A DNA stretch of 64,000 bases from Marinobacter sp. (GTDB lineage Bacteria > Pseudomonadota > Gammaproteobacteria > Pseudomonadales > Oleiphilaceae), in NCBI GenBank assembly GCA_046260345.1, contig JBHEPI010000135.1, positions 190-64,189 of the forward strand, read 5' to 3'. Below, piece by piece: positions 19,295 through 27,212 of this stretch. A model generated the notes under the pieces. The model was not told where the DNA came from and ran no database searches. It saw only the letters and a list, made by a program, of their open reading frames with translations. The position numbers and the translations under genes were made by a program. Position 1 is the first letter of the stretch. Each line of letters starts with the position of its first letter.

Positions 19295-20167
19295 TCAGGC
19301 GATTTTCGAAGATTGGGCAGCTGAGGATTGCCAGCGCTTGAAGTGCGACAGTTCCTCTTCCCCGATCCATCGATTGAGAGACCAGAGATCGGCAATGGGT
19401 GCCTGGGTGAACGGCAGCAGGTGCAGGTAGCCATCGGTTCCGAATTCGGGAGTCATGTAGCTGTATTCCAGTCCCCGTTCGGACTGTGATTGCCACACCG
19501 CTTCCCAGCAGGCCTGGTGCGAGGCCAGCGCCTCGGCGTACTCGGGTGCGGCCGGGTGTGGTACCTGTGGGCCCTGGTCGTAGCCAACGCGGGAGTGAAT
19601 GTGGCGCGCCTGCTCAGCCGTTCTCACTATGCAGTCCCACTCGATGTGTGGCAGGCGTTCGCTGACCACTGCCCAGTGGCTGAAATCACAGGTGACGTCG
19701 ATGTGGGGCACTTTCTCCAGAATGGCGACCGTGTTCCATGGGCTGAAAAAACTGCGGCCCCGGTGGGTTTCGAAACTGACCGGAATGCCGAGCCTGTCAG
19801 CAATGTTCTGGGCTTCGGAGAAAAAGCGTATTGAGTCATCGATGGGCCATGCGTCACAGCCGCCCATTACATTGACAAATTCCGGCTTCAGGCCGGTTCT
19901 GGTAGCGCTCAGCAGCTTGGTTTCGAAATCTTCCAGATGTTCTGTGATGCTGGCATTGCGTCGCGGGACGTAGCTCCCGGTGGTACAGACTTCCTGAACC
20001 CACAGGAGTTTGTTCGCGGTCAGAGTCTCACCAAAGGCATGAGCCGCCTGGGCGGTTCCAGGCACAGGCGCCTCGATACCATCAAATCCGGCCTCGTTGA
20101 CCTGATCAACGGCTTGCGCCAATGAGCCTTCATGTCCCCATAAAGTTTTGAAGCGTTTCAGGTGCAC
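19295..20167 (-). CDS. Xylose-isomerase-like TIM barrel (sugar phosphate isomerase/epimerase family)
   Basis: AGFDGIE, ETHRGR, DFSHW, HIHSRVG, TPEFG metal-site motifs; GTG 20167 with GAGGGAG RBS. Confidence 0.85.
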   Translation of the reverse strand: MHLKRFKTLWGHEGSLAQAVDQVNEAGFDGIEAPVPGTAQAAHAFGETLTANKLLWVQEVCTTGSYVPRRNASITEHLEDFETKLLSATRTGLKPEFVNVMGGCDAWPIDDSIRFFSEAQNIADRLGIPVSFETHRGRSFFSPWNTVAILEKVPHIDVTCDFSHWAVVSERLPHIEWDCIVRTAEQARHIHSRVGYDQGPQVPHPAAPEYAEALASHQACWEAVWQSQSERGLEYSYMTPEFGTDGYLHLLPFTQAPIADLWSLNRWIGEEELSHFKRWQSSAAQSSKIA

Positions 20168-20210
20168 GGATGACTCCCTCATAGTTTTGCTGGATATATG
20201 GAGTCTTGGT

Positions 20211-20226
20211 TGCAACCGTTGTGCCA
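20211..20226 (-). promoter_or_regulatory. Sigma54 (-24/-12) promoter of the 14942-20167 operon
   Basis: Minus strand reads TGGCACAACGGTTGCA, an exact TGGCAC-N5-TTGCA match, 43 nt upstream of the GTG start. Confidence 0.85.
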
Positions 20227-20249
20227 TATGCCTGGAAACGCTTTAAATA

Positions 20250-20265
20250 TACATGCTGACATGTA
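20250..20265. promoter_or_regulatory. Palindromic putative operator TACATG-N4-CATGTA
   Basis: Perfect 6-bp inverted repeat between the sigma54 promoter and the enhancer-like sites. Confidence 0.4.
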
Positions 20266-20303
20266 AAAGGTGGGCGGTCAGGGTCGTTTTTTGGCGGGTT
20301 TTG

Positions 20304-20339
20304 TGTTGGTGATTGGTGCAGCTGCACATGGGTGGTGCG
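20304..20339. promoter_or_regulatory. NtrC-like upstream activator sites
   Basis: TGCACA-TGGGT-GGTGCG (20323-20339) versus consensus TGCACC-N5-GGTGCA; adjacent perfect half-site GGTGCA (20315-20320); about 100 bp upstream of the -24 element. Confidence 0.6.
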
Positions 20340-20551
20340 CCTGGACCTTCATTACCACATACATCGCGATGGTGCTGATTACGTCATTCACTCTGGTGGC
20401 CGGCAGAGCCGGGAAGAGACCGGAAAACCTGCTCGAAAGCCTTCAGGCTTGTGCCTTGCGTACTGATTGAGCGATGCTGGCAAAATTTACCATGTCTTTC
20501 ATGGCGTGCATGTGTGGTTGACGATCAGCGCCTGTTTGCGAGGAATACAGT

Positions 20552-21451
20552 ATGAGATCGGTTGTACTTCTGGATGGTGGCCTTGGCCAGGAAATCTATC
20601 GGAGGGCTCGCAGTGTCAGTTCTCCACTATGGTCCGTGGCGGTGATGCTGGAGCAACCCGAGGTTGTCACGGCGGTGCATGCGGATTTTATCCGTGCCGG
20701 GGCCAGGACCCTGTCGCTGAATACCTACGCGGCGACACCAACCCGCTTGCGTGAGCAGGGGATGCACGAACAGATGGCGGAGGTTCATCAGCAAGCCTTT
20801 GATGCCCTCGAGCGTGCTATCACTGAGACCGGCGCAGAGGTGGATATTGCAGGTTGTCTGGGCCCACTGACCGGCAGCTATCGGGGCCAGCCTGACCGCG
20901 CCTTTAAAGATCTGAGAAACGAATATTCCACACTGGTCCGGTTGCAGGCCGACGCCGATGTGTTCCTGATCGAAACCATGACCAACAGCCTGGAAGCCCG
21001 CGCTGCGTGTGCCGCAGCGAGCGAGGCAGGTAAGCCCTATGGCGTGGCCTTTCGTCTTGAGGAGGATGGCAGGCTGAAATCCGGTGAATCGCTGGCCGAA
21101 GCGGTCTCATCAGTGAAAAGCTACGCGCCCACCGCTATTATGCTGAACTGCTGCGACCCCGAAGTGTTGACTGCCAGCATGCCCGAACTGGCTGGGCTTT
21201 ATCCGTGTGTGGGCGGTTATGCCAATGCTTTCAAGTCGGTACAGGCGATGGCCGATGGCGGTCTGGCTGATGCTCTGGAGGCGCGGGCGGATATTTCACC
21301 GAGTGCCTATGCTGCGCATGTGCAGCGTTGGCTGGCGGAGGGTGCAAGCGTTGTTGGTGGCTGTTGCGAAATTACGCCCGGGCACATTCGCCATCTAGCC
21401 GATACGCTTGCAGATGAGTTCGAGTCTGTCCGTTTTTCTGAGCTGGTTTAG
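20552..21451 (+). CDS. Homocysteine S-methyltransferase family protein (MmuM/BHMT-like)
   Basis: LLDGGLGQE, PLWS, FIRAGA, IETM, LNC and GGCC Zn ligands. Confidence 0.92.
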   Translation: MRSVVLLDGGLGQEIYRRARSVSSPLWSVAVMLEQPEVVTAVHADFIRAGARTLSLNTYAATPTRLREQGMHEQMAEVHQQAFDALERAITETGAEVDIAGCLGPLTGSYRGQPDRAFKDLRNEYSTLVRLQADADVFLIETMTNSLEARAACAAASEAGKPYGVAFRLEEDGRLKSGESLAEAVSSVKSYAPTAIMLNCCDPEVLTASMPELAGLYPCVGGYANAFKSVQAMADGGLADALEARADISPSAYAAHVQRWLAEGASVVGGCCEITPGHIRHLADTLADEFESVRFSELV

Positions 21452-21462
21452 ATAGGAAAGGC

Positions 21463-22032
21463 TCAGACCGGCGCCACACCAAAAAGCCATTGGTGCGCCC
21501 AGATCACCATGACCACATACACCGCAAGTCCGCCGATCACGGCGATGGCGTCATTCGCTCTGGATGCTGGCAGGGTGGGGATGGGCCGCTGGGTTCTGCG
21601 CTTCATGGAAATCCGGTCAACTACCGCCCACGCCAGGAAGGAGCCGAACAAGAGCAGGTCGTGCACCATGCCATTGGCCAGAAGGTGAGCGAGTGCCCAG
21701 AGCTTGACCGCGACGAGCATCGGGTGCCCCACCTTTGCCTTGATCTTGCCCGGAAAGTAAGTGGCGAACAGTAGCGGAAAGACCGGGACCAGAAGCAGAA
21801 AGGACAGGTGCTTAAGCCAGCCCGGTGGTACATAGACCACGGTCGGATCCATGCGCGCAGCACCGTAGCCCCAGATGATCAGTACCAGGCCGACGAGGGA
21901 AACCAGTCCGTAGAGCCCCTTGAAGGGGAGCTCGCCCAGAGAGTCGTGCAGGCGATTGCGAAACGGTTCGTTGACGATGGACAGTGAGTGCACGCCGAGA
22001 AACAGAACCAGGCCGACGATCAGTGTGGTCAT
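21463..22032 (-). CDS. NnrU family membrane protein
   Basis: LFLGVHS, HPML.AVKLWALAHLLANG signature. Confidence 0.92.
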   Translation of the reverse strand: MTTLIVGLVLFLGVHSLSIVNEPFRNRLHDSLGELPFKGLYGLVSLVGLVLIIWGYGAARMDPTVVYVPPGWLKHLSFLLLVPVFPLLFATYFPGKIKAKVGHPMLVAVKLWALAHLLANGMVHDLLLFGSFLAWAVVDRISMKRRTQRPIPTLPASRANDAIAVIGGLAVYVVMVIWAHQWLFGVAPV

Positions 22033-22183
22033 GTGCCAAACTCCTTGTTGTATAGGGGGTGGGCCTTTGTCCATGAGTGGCCCTGAGGTGAAAATCCCAG
22101 TCAGTATAGCCGCGCAAACCGAGACAGCACACTCCCGAGTGTTTATCATCCATAGCCGGTTTCACCGGATTAAAAAGGCGCCC

Positions 22184-22558
22184 ATGAAGCTTCCCAAGGT
22201 CACCATTGTACTGGTATCCGCATCCCTGCTGTTTGTTCTCTGGGAGCAAACCCGGGAACAACCGGAACCTGTTGATGCCAGTCGTTTTACCAATCTTGCC
22301 GCAAATCCGGTTGAGCGCAGTGTTGCTGTGGACTGGGTGATTACTCAGGTTCCGGCCCTGTGTGAGGATGCAGCCGGGCAGAGCCGCCGCTCAGAAGCCC
22401 ATTCAGAATGCGTCAGCAAAAGCGAGGCCCGCACATCTTCCTGCCGGCGGGCGCTCTATGACAGGTTCCCGAGTGTGATAGCCTCCGACGACGTGTTCCG
22501 GGATCTGTCCATCACGGCGATGAATTGTCTGGTTCCCCGATCAGGAGTGGTTGAATAG
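22184..22558 (+). CDS. Hypothetical membrane-anchored/exported Cys-containing protein
   Basis: N-terminal hydrophobic segment, four Cys, abuts the next gene. Confidence 0.6.
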   Translation: MKLPKVTIVLVSASLLFVLWEQTREQPEPVDASRFTNLAANPVERSVAVDWVITQVPALCEDAAGQSRRSEAHSECVSKSEARTSSCRRALYDRFPSVIASDDVFRDLSITAMNCLVPRSGVVE

Positions 22559-22559
22559 T

Positions 22560-22883
22560 ATGTCTGAAGATCCGTTGAAAGCCTTGTCCGACATGGCCAG
22601 TGATGCCCATGCCCGCATACAGGCGACCCATCAGCATATCAATCCGGTAGTGGAAGTGCGCCGCGGCATGCGTGATTCGGGCATTCCCGCCGATGTGATG
22701 ACCATCGACTGCCTGCGCACACGCCGGCGTATAACCCTCATCCTGCATGATGAGCAGCCGGGCGTGCTGCTCTACCAGTTTGTGACCATCGAAGATGAGG
22801 TGGGTGACGATTTCAAACAGATGGCGTTGTCGGATGTAGACACAACAACACTGTTTGACTGGATACAGGACTACTTTGGCTGA
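22560..22883 (+). CDS. Hypothetical protein
   Basis: Protein-like acidic ORF starting right after the upstream stop. Confidence 0.65.
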   Translation: MSEDPLKALSDMASDAHARIQATHQHINPVVEVRRGMRDSGIPADVMTIDCLRTRRRITLILHDEQPGVLLYQFVTIEDEVGDDFKQMALSDVDTTTLFDWIQDYFG

Positions 22884-22900
22884 CCCGGCCGCCCGTGCCT

Positions 22901-23560
22901 TTACCGTTTGAAGAACCTGGGGTTACGTTCGATGAACGAATCGATCCAGCGCTCCAGGAACGACCGTTCGTCGGGATTCTTGAGATAACGCCAGCCCAAC
23001 AGGGAAATGACCAGGGCACCAACGCCGTCGACGATCAGGTCCCACATGGTGTCGGTCAGCCCTGACGGGTCGCCCAGCATGGGTTTCTGCATATTCATGC
23101 CGAAAAAAGAGTCCATGGTGAACTCGAAGATCTCCCACAACGCCCCCACACCCAATGCAAACATGAAAGCAAAGAAGGCGACGAAACCGGGTTTCATGTG
23201 CACGTGGATCTTCTCGGTTTCGTTCATGATGTGGACGAGCAGAAAACCGAGAATGCCCAGCAAAAAGCCGGACATGGTATGCAGTGCCATGTCCCACCAC
23301 CAGAAGCGGGTGTAGTAATCCCGTATCTCGCCCAGAAACAGGGACGCAAACACGAATGCGATAGCAGCAAGCTGCAGTTCTGGCGGAATGTGGATCCGGA
23401 AACGGCGCTCAAACAGCAGCGGGAAAAAAGTGATCGCTATGATCATTGCGGTCAGGAACGCGGTAAACCAGCGTTGGCCCCAGATTGCAAATGCCGTTTC
23501 GGCCAACAGTATCAACTGCAACGCAATAGTAATTCTTTGGTGGGTGATACGAATGCGCAT
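22901..23560 (-). CDS. Integral membrane protein (DUF2238/YjdF-like)
   Basis: WWWD..LH..SG, WEIFEF..D, DTMWDL motifs. Confidence 0.75.
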   Translation of the reverse strand: MRIRITHQRITIALQLILLAETAFAIWGQRWFTAFLTAMIIAITFFPLLFERRFRIHIPPELQLAAIAFVFASLFLGEIRDYYTRFWWWDMALHTMSGFLLGILGFLLVHIMNETEKIHVHMKPGFVAFFAFMFALGVGALWEIFEFTMDSFFGMNMQKPMLGDPSGLTDTMWDLIVDGVGALVISLLGWRYLKNPDERSFLERWIDSFIERNPRFFKR

Positions 23561-23756
23561 GGGTCTGAGGCTCGCGAAATCAGTGTGTTAACCCTATCAC
23601 ATCATGATTGATGGTGGCTGTTGGTATCTCCAATGGTCCTGATTTCTGATTTGTTGTTCAAAACCCATCGTAAATAGAAATCAGGTTCCGAAAGAATTTT
23701 CAATCCAGACTTGGGCACGGAATGTTCAGGCCTGGCCCGGAGGTGTTCGCTTGACC

Positions 23757-24869
23757 ATGGATTCTGATTCATCACATCGTGTTGCCAGTGCACTCAAGAC
23801 CCAGTTCATTGCCGATGCCTTGGCAATGCCGGTGCACTGGTATTACAACCCGATGGACATCGAGAAAGCCTTTCCCGGGGGTGTTCAGCGGTTTGAGGCC
23901 GCGCCGGATTTTCACCCTTCCTCTATCATGTCGCTGCATTCGACCAGCAGCGGAGGCCGCCGTTCAGTGCGGAGCGCGACAAATGAGAGGGCGCCCCGAA
24001 TTGTGGGTGACGTCATTCTGAAGGGCAAGGCCCAGTACTGGAACGTGCCGAACGTTCATTATCATCAGGGGATGGGGCCGGGAGAGAATACCCTGAACGC
24101 CCACTGTGCCCGTGTTCTTATGCGTTCGCTGGTTGATGGGAAAGGGCATTATGATCAGCAGGCATTTCTGTCGGCTTATATCGGCTTTATGACGGCAGAC
24201 CCTCCCGCGCACACGGATACTTACGCCGAGTCTTACCATCGGGGTTTTTTTGCCAACCTGCAGCGGGGCCTCCCTCCGGAAAAATGCGCGATGACAACCC
24301 ACGATACGCCGTCAGTTGGCGGGTTGGCGACAATTGCCCCGCTGGTATTCTCGCAACGACTCAGGGGTGCCGGCGTGCCCGCGATACAGGCATTGTGCCG
24401 CGAACATGTGGCACTGACCCATCCGGATGAGTCTTTGATGAAGGTCTGTGACCGCTATGTAAGCCTGCTCTGCGGGTTGATGGAGAGGCCGGGTGAAGAG
24501 GATGTGAAGTCGCTTCTGGCGGAAGCCGGCAAAGGCGGGGCTGGTCTCGATATCGCTGGTCTGGTGAAGCGCAATCTGCCCGATCTGCAGGTTGTCGGCC
24601 GGCTGTACTCGCCGGCCTGCTATATTTCCGATTCGTGGCCGGTTGTCCTGTATCTGGCTTACAAGTACCACAGGGACCCCTGGCTCGCGCTTCGCGTGAA
24701 CACCAATCTGGGTGGTGATAATGTTCACCGGGGCATGGTGCTTGGCGCACTGATGGGACTGTTGACTGACGAAATAGCCACCAGCTGGTTTGAGCAGCTG
24801 GTGGCAAGCAAGGCGATTGATCAGGAGGTCGACGCGCTGATCAGCGCGGCAACCGCTCCCAGACAGTAA
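23757..24869 (+). CDS. ADP-ribosylglycohydrolase (DraG/ARH) family protein
   Basis: ADALAMPVHWYY, LTH, N.NLGGDNVHRG..LGAL.G. Confidence 0.85.
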   Translation: MDSDSSHRVASALKTQFIADALAMPVHWYYNPMDIEKAFPGGVQRFEAAPDFHPSSIMSLHSTSSGGRRSVRSATNERAPRIVGDVILKGKAQYWNVPNVHYHQGMGPGENTLNAHCARVLMRSLVDGKGHYDQQAFLSAYIGFMTADPPAHTDTYAESYHRGFFANLQRGLPPEKCAMTTHDTPSVGGLATIAPLVFSQRLRGAGVPAIQALCREHVALTHPDESLMKVCDRYVSLLCGLMERPGEEDVKSLLAEAGKGGAGLDIAGLVKRNLPDLQVVGRLYSPACYISDSWPVVLYLAYKYHRDPWLALRVNTNLGGDNVHRGMVLGALMGLLTDEIATSWFEQLVASKAIDQEVDALISAATAPRQ

Positions 24870-27003
24870 CTTCAGAAAGCGTGTGCTGGAATTTGTGTTG
24901 GGTTTCGCGAATCACAAACGGCACTTTTCTCGGCTCACTCACCAAACGGAAGTTCCGGGAAAGACAGTCTTTCAGGCCATCCAGTGTGGTGTAATTTTCA
25001 CCATCCTTTTTGAAACCGCCAATCCACTCTTCCTTCGGCGTGTGCTCTTCCAGCCACGTGTAGGGTGAGGCGATGATCAGCAACCCACCGTCATTGATCC
25101 GTTCATGGATGCTGTCCAGAAAACGCTTTGGCCGGTAAAGCCGGTCAATCAGATTGGCCGCCAATATCAGATCGTAGCCCGCATAGTGCGGCTTGAGGTT
25201 GCAGGCATCGCCCTGATGGAAACTTACTTTACCGGCGCAGTCTTCAAGCCCCAGCTCTTTGAGGGTCCGGGTGTGATAACTGACCAGCTCTCCTTCTTCG
25301 GCAAGCGAGTAACGAACGGAGCCTTGCTCGGCCATTTCCACCCCGAGCCGGATAAAGTTGGCCGAGAAGTCTACGCCCTCCACTTCGCTGAACTGTCTCG
25401 CCAACTCGAAGCTTGAGCGACCGCAGGCGCAGCCGAGATCCAGGGCTTTTCCGGTGGGCTTGCCTTCCATGGACGCCAATGCCAGGTCCGCCAGGGCCTT
25501 CGGGAAGTTCTCAACGCCGAACCAGGTATCGCCAAAGTGAAACTCTGCGTACTCGGTCAGCAGCCGGTCGCTTTCGTAGTAGCCATTGGGTTGGGTCGCC
25601 TCATGCTCAGAGGCGATGTAGCGAAAACCGGCATGCTGAAAGAAGTGACGTCTGAAGGCATAGCGTGCTGCCAGCCTTGCTTCGTTGCCACAGGAAATCC
25701 AGGAGCCACCCTTGATCAGGTTGTGTTGCCCGTCGAAGGTGGGCGTTGTGAAATCATCGTAGAGCGGATGCACCTTGAAGTTGTCAAACGGGTAAGTGGG
25801 TGTTTCTGTCCACTGCCAGACATTCCCGACAACATCGAACCACTCGCCGTGACGGAACCGGGTAACCGGGCAGGAAGATGCGCCATGGTCCAGATGGAGG
25901 TTGGCATTGGCAGGGTCCGTTCCGATTTCCTCTATGCCAGCCTCCGAGCACAAGCGGTACCACTCGTCCTCGGTTGGCAGGCGGATCGGCAGTCCGGTTT
26001 GTTCCTGCTTCCACTCACAGAAGGCCTTGGCTTCGTGGTAGTTCACCTCCACTGGCCAATCCCAGGGCATTTCAATTTCTTCGGTCATCAGACGCAGGTG
26101 CCAGCCATTGTGCCAGCGCCAGAACGTCGGGTGCTTCGCTTTGGCAAACCGGCGCCAAGAGCCTCCCTCTTCGCTCCAGTAGCTGTCCTGCTCATAGCCA
26201 CCAGCCTCTACAAATTCCAGGAACTCCTGGTTGCTCACCAGATACTGGCTGGCGTTGAACTTCTCAACGCTCGCGTCGTGTTCTCCGTACTCATTGTCCC
26301 ATCCGTAGTAGGTATCGTCGAAAGATTTGCCGATCTGAACAGTGCCGGCAGGAACACTGATGAGGGTATTCTCTGGTGCGTCCCCGGTTTCGCGTATGGG
26401 TGCCCACGCCGGCTGCGATTTTACCCTGGCCAGATCATGCTGGCGGATGAGCACGGATGACGTTTCCAGGTGAATGCGCTCGTGCTCGATGCCCATAATG
26501 ATCGGCCACCAGGGGTTTTCCCAGTTGACGGGCAGATTCAGAGGCAGGGTTTCAATCAGCTCAAGCACGCTGGCGCGTACCTTGGCGCGGTAATCCATCA
26601 CGGCAGAAACACTGGGCCATTCGTAGTGATCATCGTTCAGGTCGTCCCAGCTCATTTCATCCACACCTACGGCGAAAACGGATTCCATGTGCGGGTCAAT
26701 GCGCTCTGGCAATAGCTTTGCCAGTATCAGTTTGTTGACGAAAAAAGTCGCGGTATGGCCGAGATAGAAAATGAGCGGGTGTCTCAGTGAAATGGACTTT
26801 CTGTAATAGCCCGCATCATCGGCCAGACAGTCGAATAACCGTGTGTAGGTGTCGAAGGTATTGGTGAAATAAAGCGCAATCTCGTTGCGCTTATCATCGA
26901 CACCACCCTCTGCAAGGTTGGGGGTTCTGCGCAGTGCTGGTCGGTTTTGCATCGATTCAAGGCGGTTGGCAGCGGATGATTGTTCCTGAACTGGCAATGT
27001 CAT
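24841..27003 (-). CDS. ovoA: 5-histidylcysteine sulfoxide synthase / methyltransferase OvoA (ovothiol biosynthesis)
   Basis: LRHPLIFYLGHT, GVDEMSWDD, HERIHLE (HX3HXE), FGE-like domain with RYAFRRHFFQHAGFRY, C-terminal DLGCACG methyltransferase. Confidence 0.95.
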   Translation of the reverse strand: MTLPVQEQSSAANRLESMQNRPALRRTPNLAEGGVDDKRNEIALYFTNTFDTYTRLFDCLADDAGYYRKSISLRHPLIFYLGHTATFFVNKLILAKLLPERIDPHMESVFAVGVDEMSWDDLNDDHYEWPSVSAVMDYRAKVRASVLELIETLPLNLPVNWENPWWPIIMGIEHERIHLETSSVLIRQHDLARVKSQPAWAPIRETGDAPENTLISVPAGTVQIGKSFDDTYYGWDNEYGEHDASVEKFNASQYLVSNQEFLEFVEAGGYEQDSYWSEEGGSWRRFAKAKHPTFWRWHNGWHLRLMTEEIEMPWDWPVEVNYHEAKAFCEWKQEQTGLPIRLPTEDEWYRLCSEAGIEEIGTDPANANLHLDHGASSCPVTRFRHGEWFDVVGNVWQWTETPTYPFDNFKVHPLYDDFTTPTFDGQHNLIKGGSWISCGNEARLAARYAFRRHFFQHAGFRYIASEHEATQPNGYYESDRLLTEYAEFHFGDTWFGVENFPKALADLALASMEGKPTGKALDLGCACGRSSFELARQFSEVEGVDFSANFIRLGVEMAEQGSVRYSLAEEGELVSYHTRTLKELGLEDCAGKVSFHQGDACNLKPHYAGYDLILAANLIDRLYRPKRFLDSIHERINDGGLLIIASPYTWLEEHTPKEEWIGGFKKDGENYTTLDGLKDCLSRNFRLVSEPRKVPFVIRETQHKFQHTLSEVTVWERLPR

Positions 27004-27212
27004 GGTCAAACACGTCCTTTTTGGTATTAACTCCCAATCCAATACGTTGCACCACAGACTCATGGTTCAATAATTTTCGACGAAACAGTACAAGCGTGCC
27101 TGTTTTGTTTTTTTTGATGCTCTTCCCTCCCGTGCGTAGCTTCCATTTCGTGCGTGCATAGTCATGACATTTCCTGTAGCCTGCGCGGCTTTTTCTTCGA
27201 GAGACCGATCTT

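Noticed and set aside
19257-19496. N-terminal extension of the desaturase ORF in the track
   Set aside because: It overlaps the TIM-barrel gene; a good RBS precedes ATG 19256.
20191-20265. Possible MetJ Met-boxes near the HMT gene
   Set aside because: Matches to AGACGTCT are poor; the sigma54/NtrC reading fits much better.
20270-20470. 66 aa hydrophobic ORF between the operon and the HMT gene
   Set aside because: It overlaps the NtrC-like sites and has no clear RBS. The 3' part may be a membrane-protein remnant, but I cannot assign a family.
9178-24869. NADAR plus ARH as a toxin-antitoxin or defence island
   Set aside because: No ADP-ribosyltransferase toxin, no clustering and no mobility genes.
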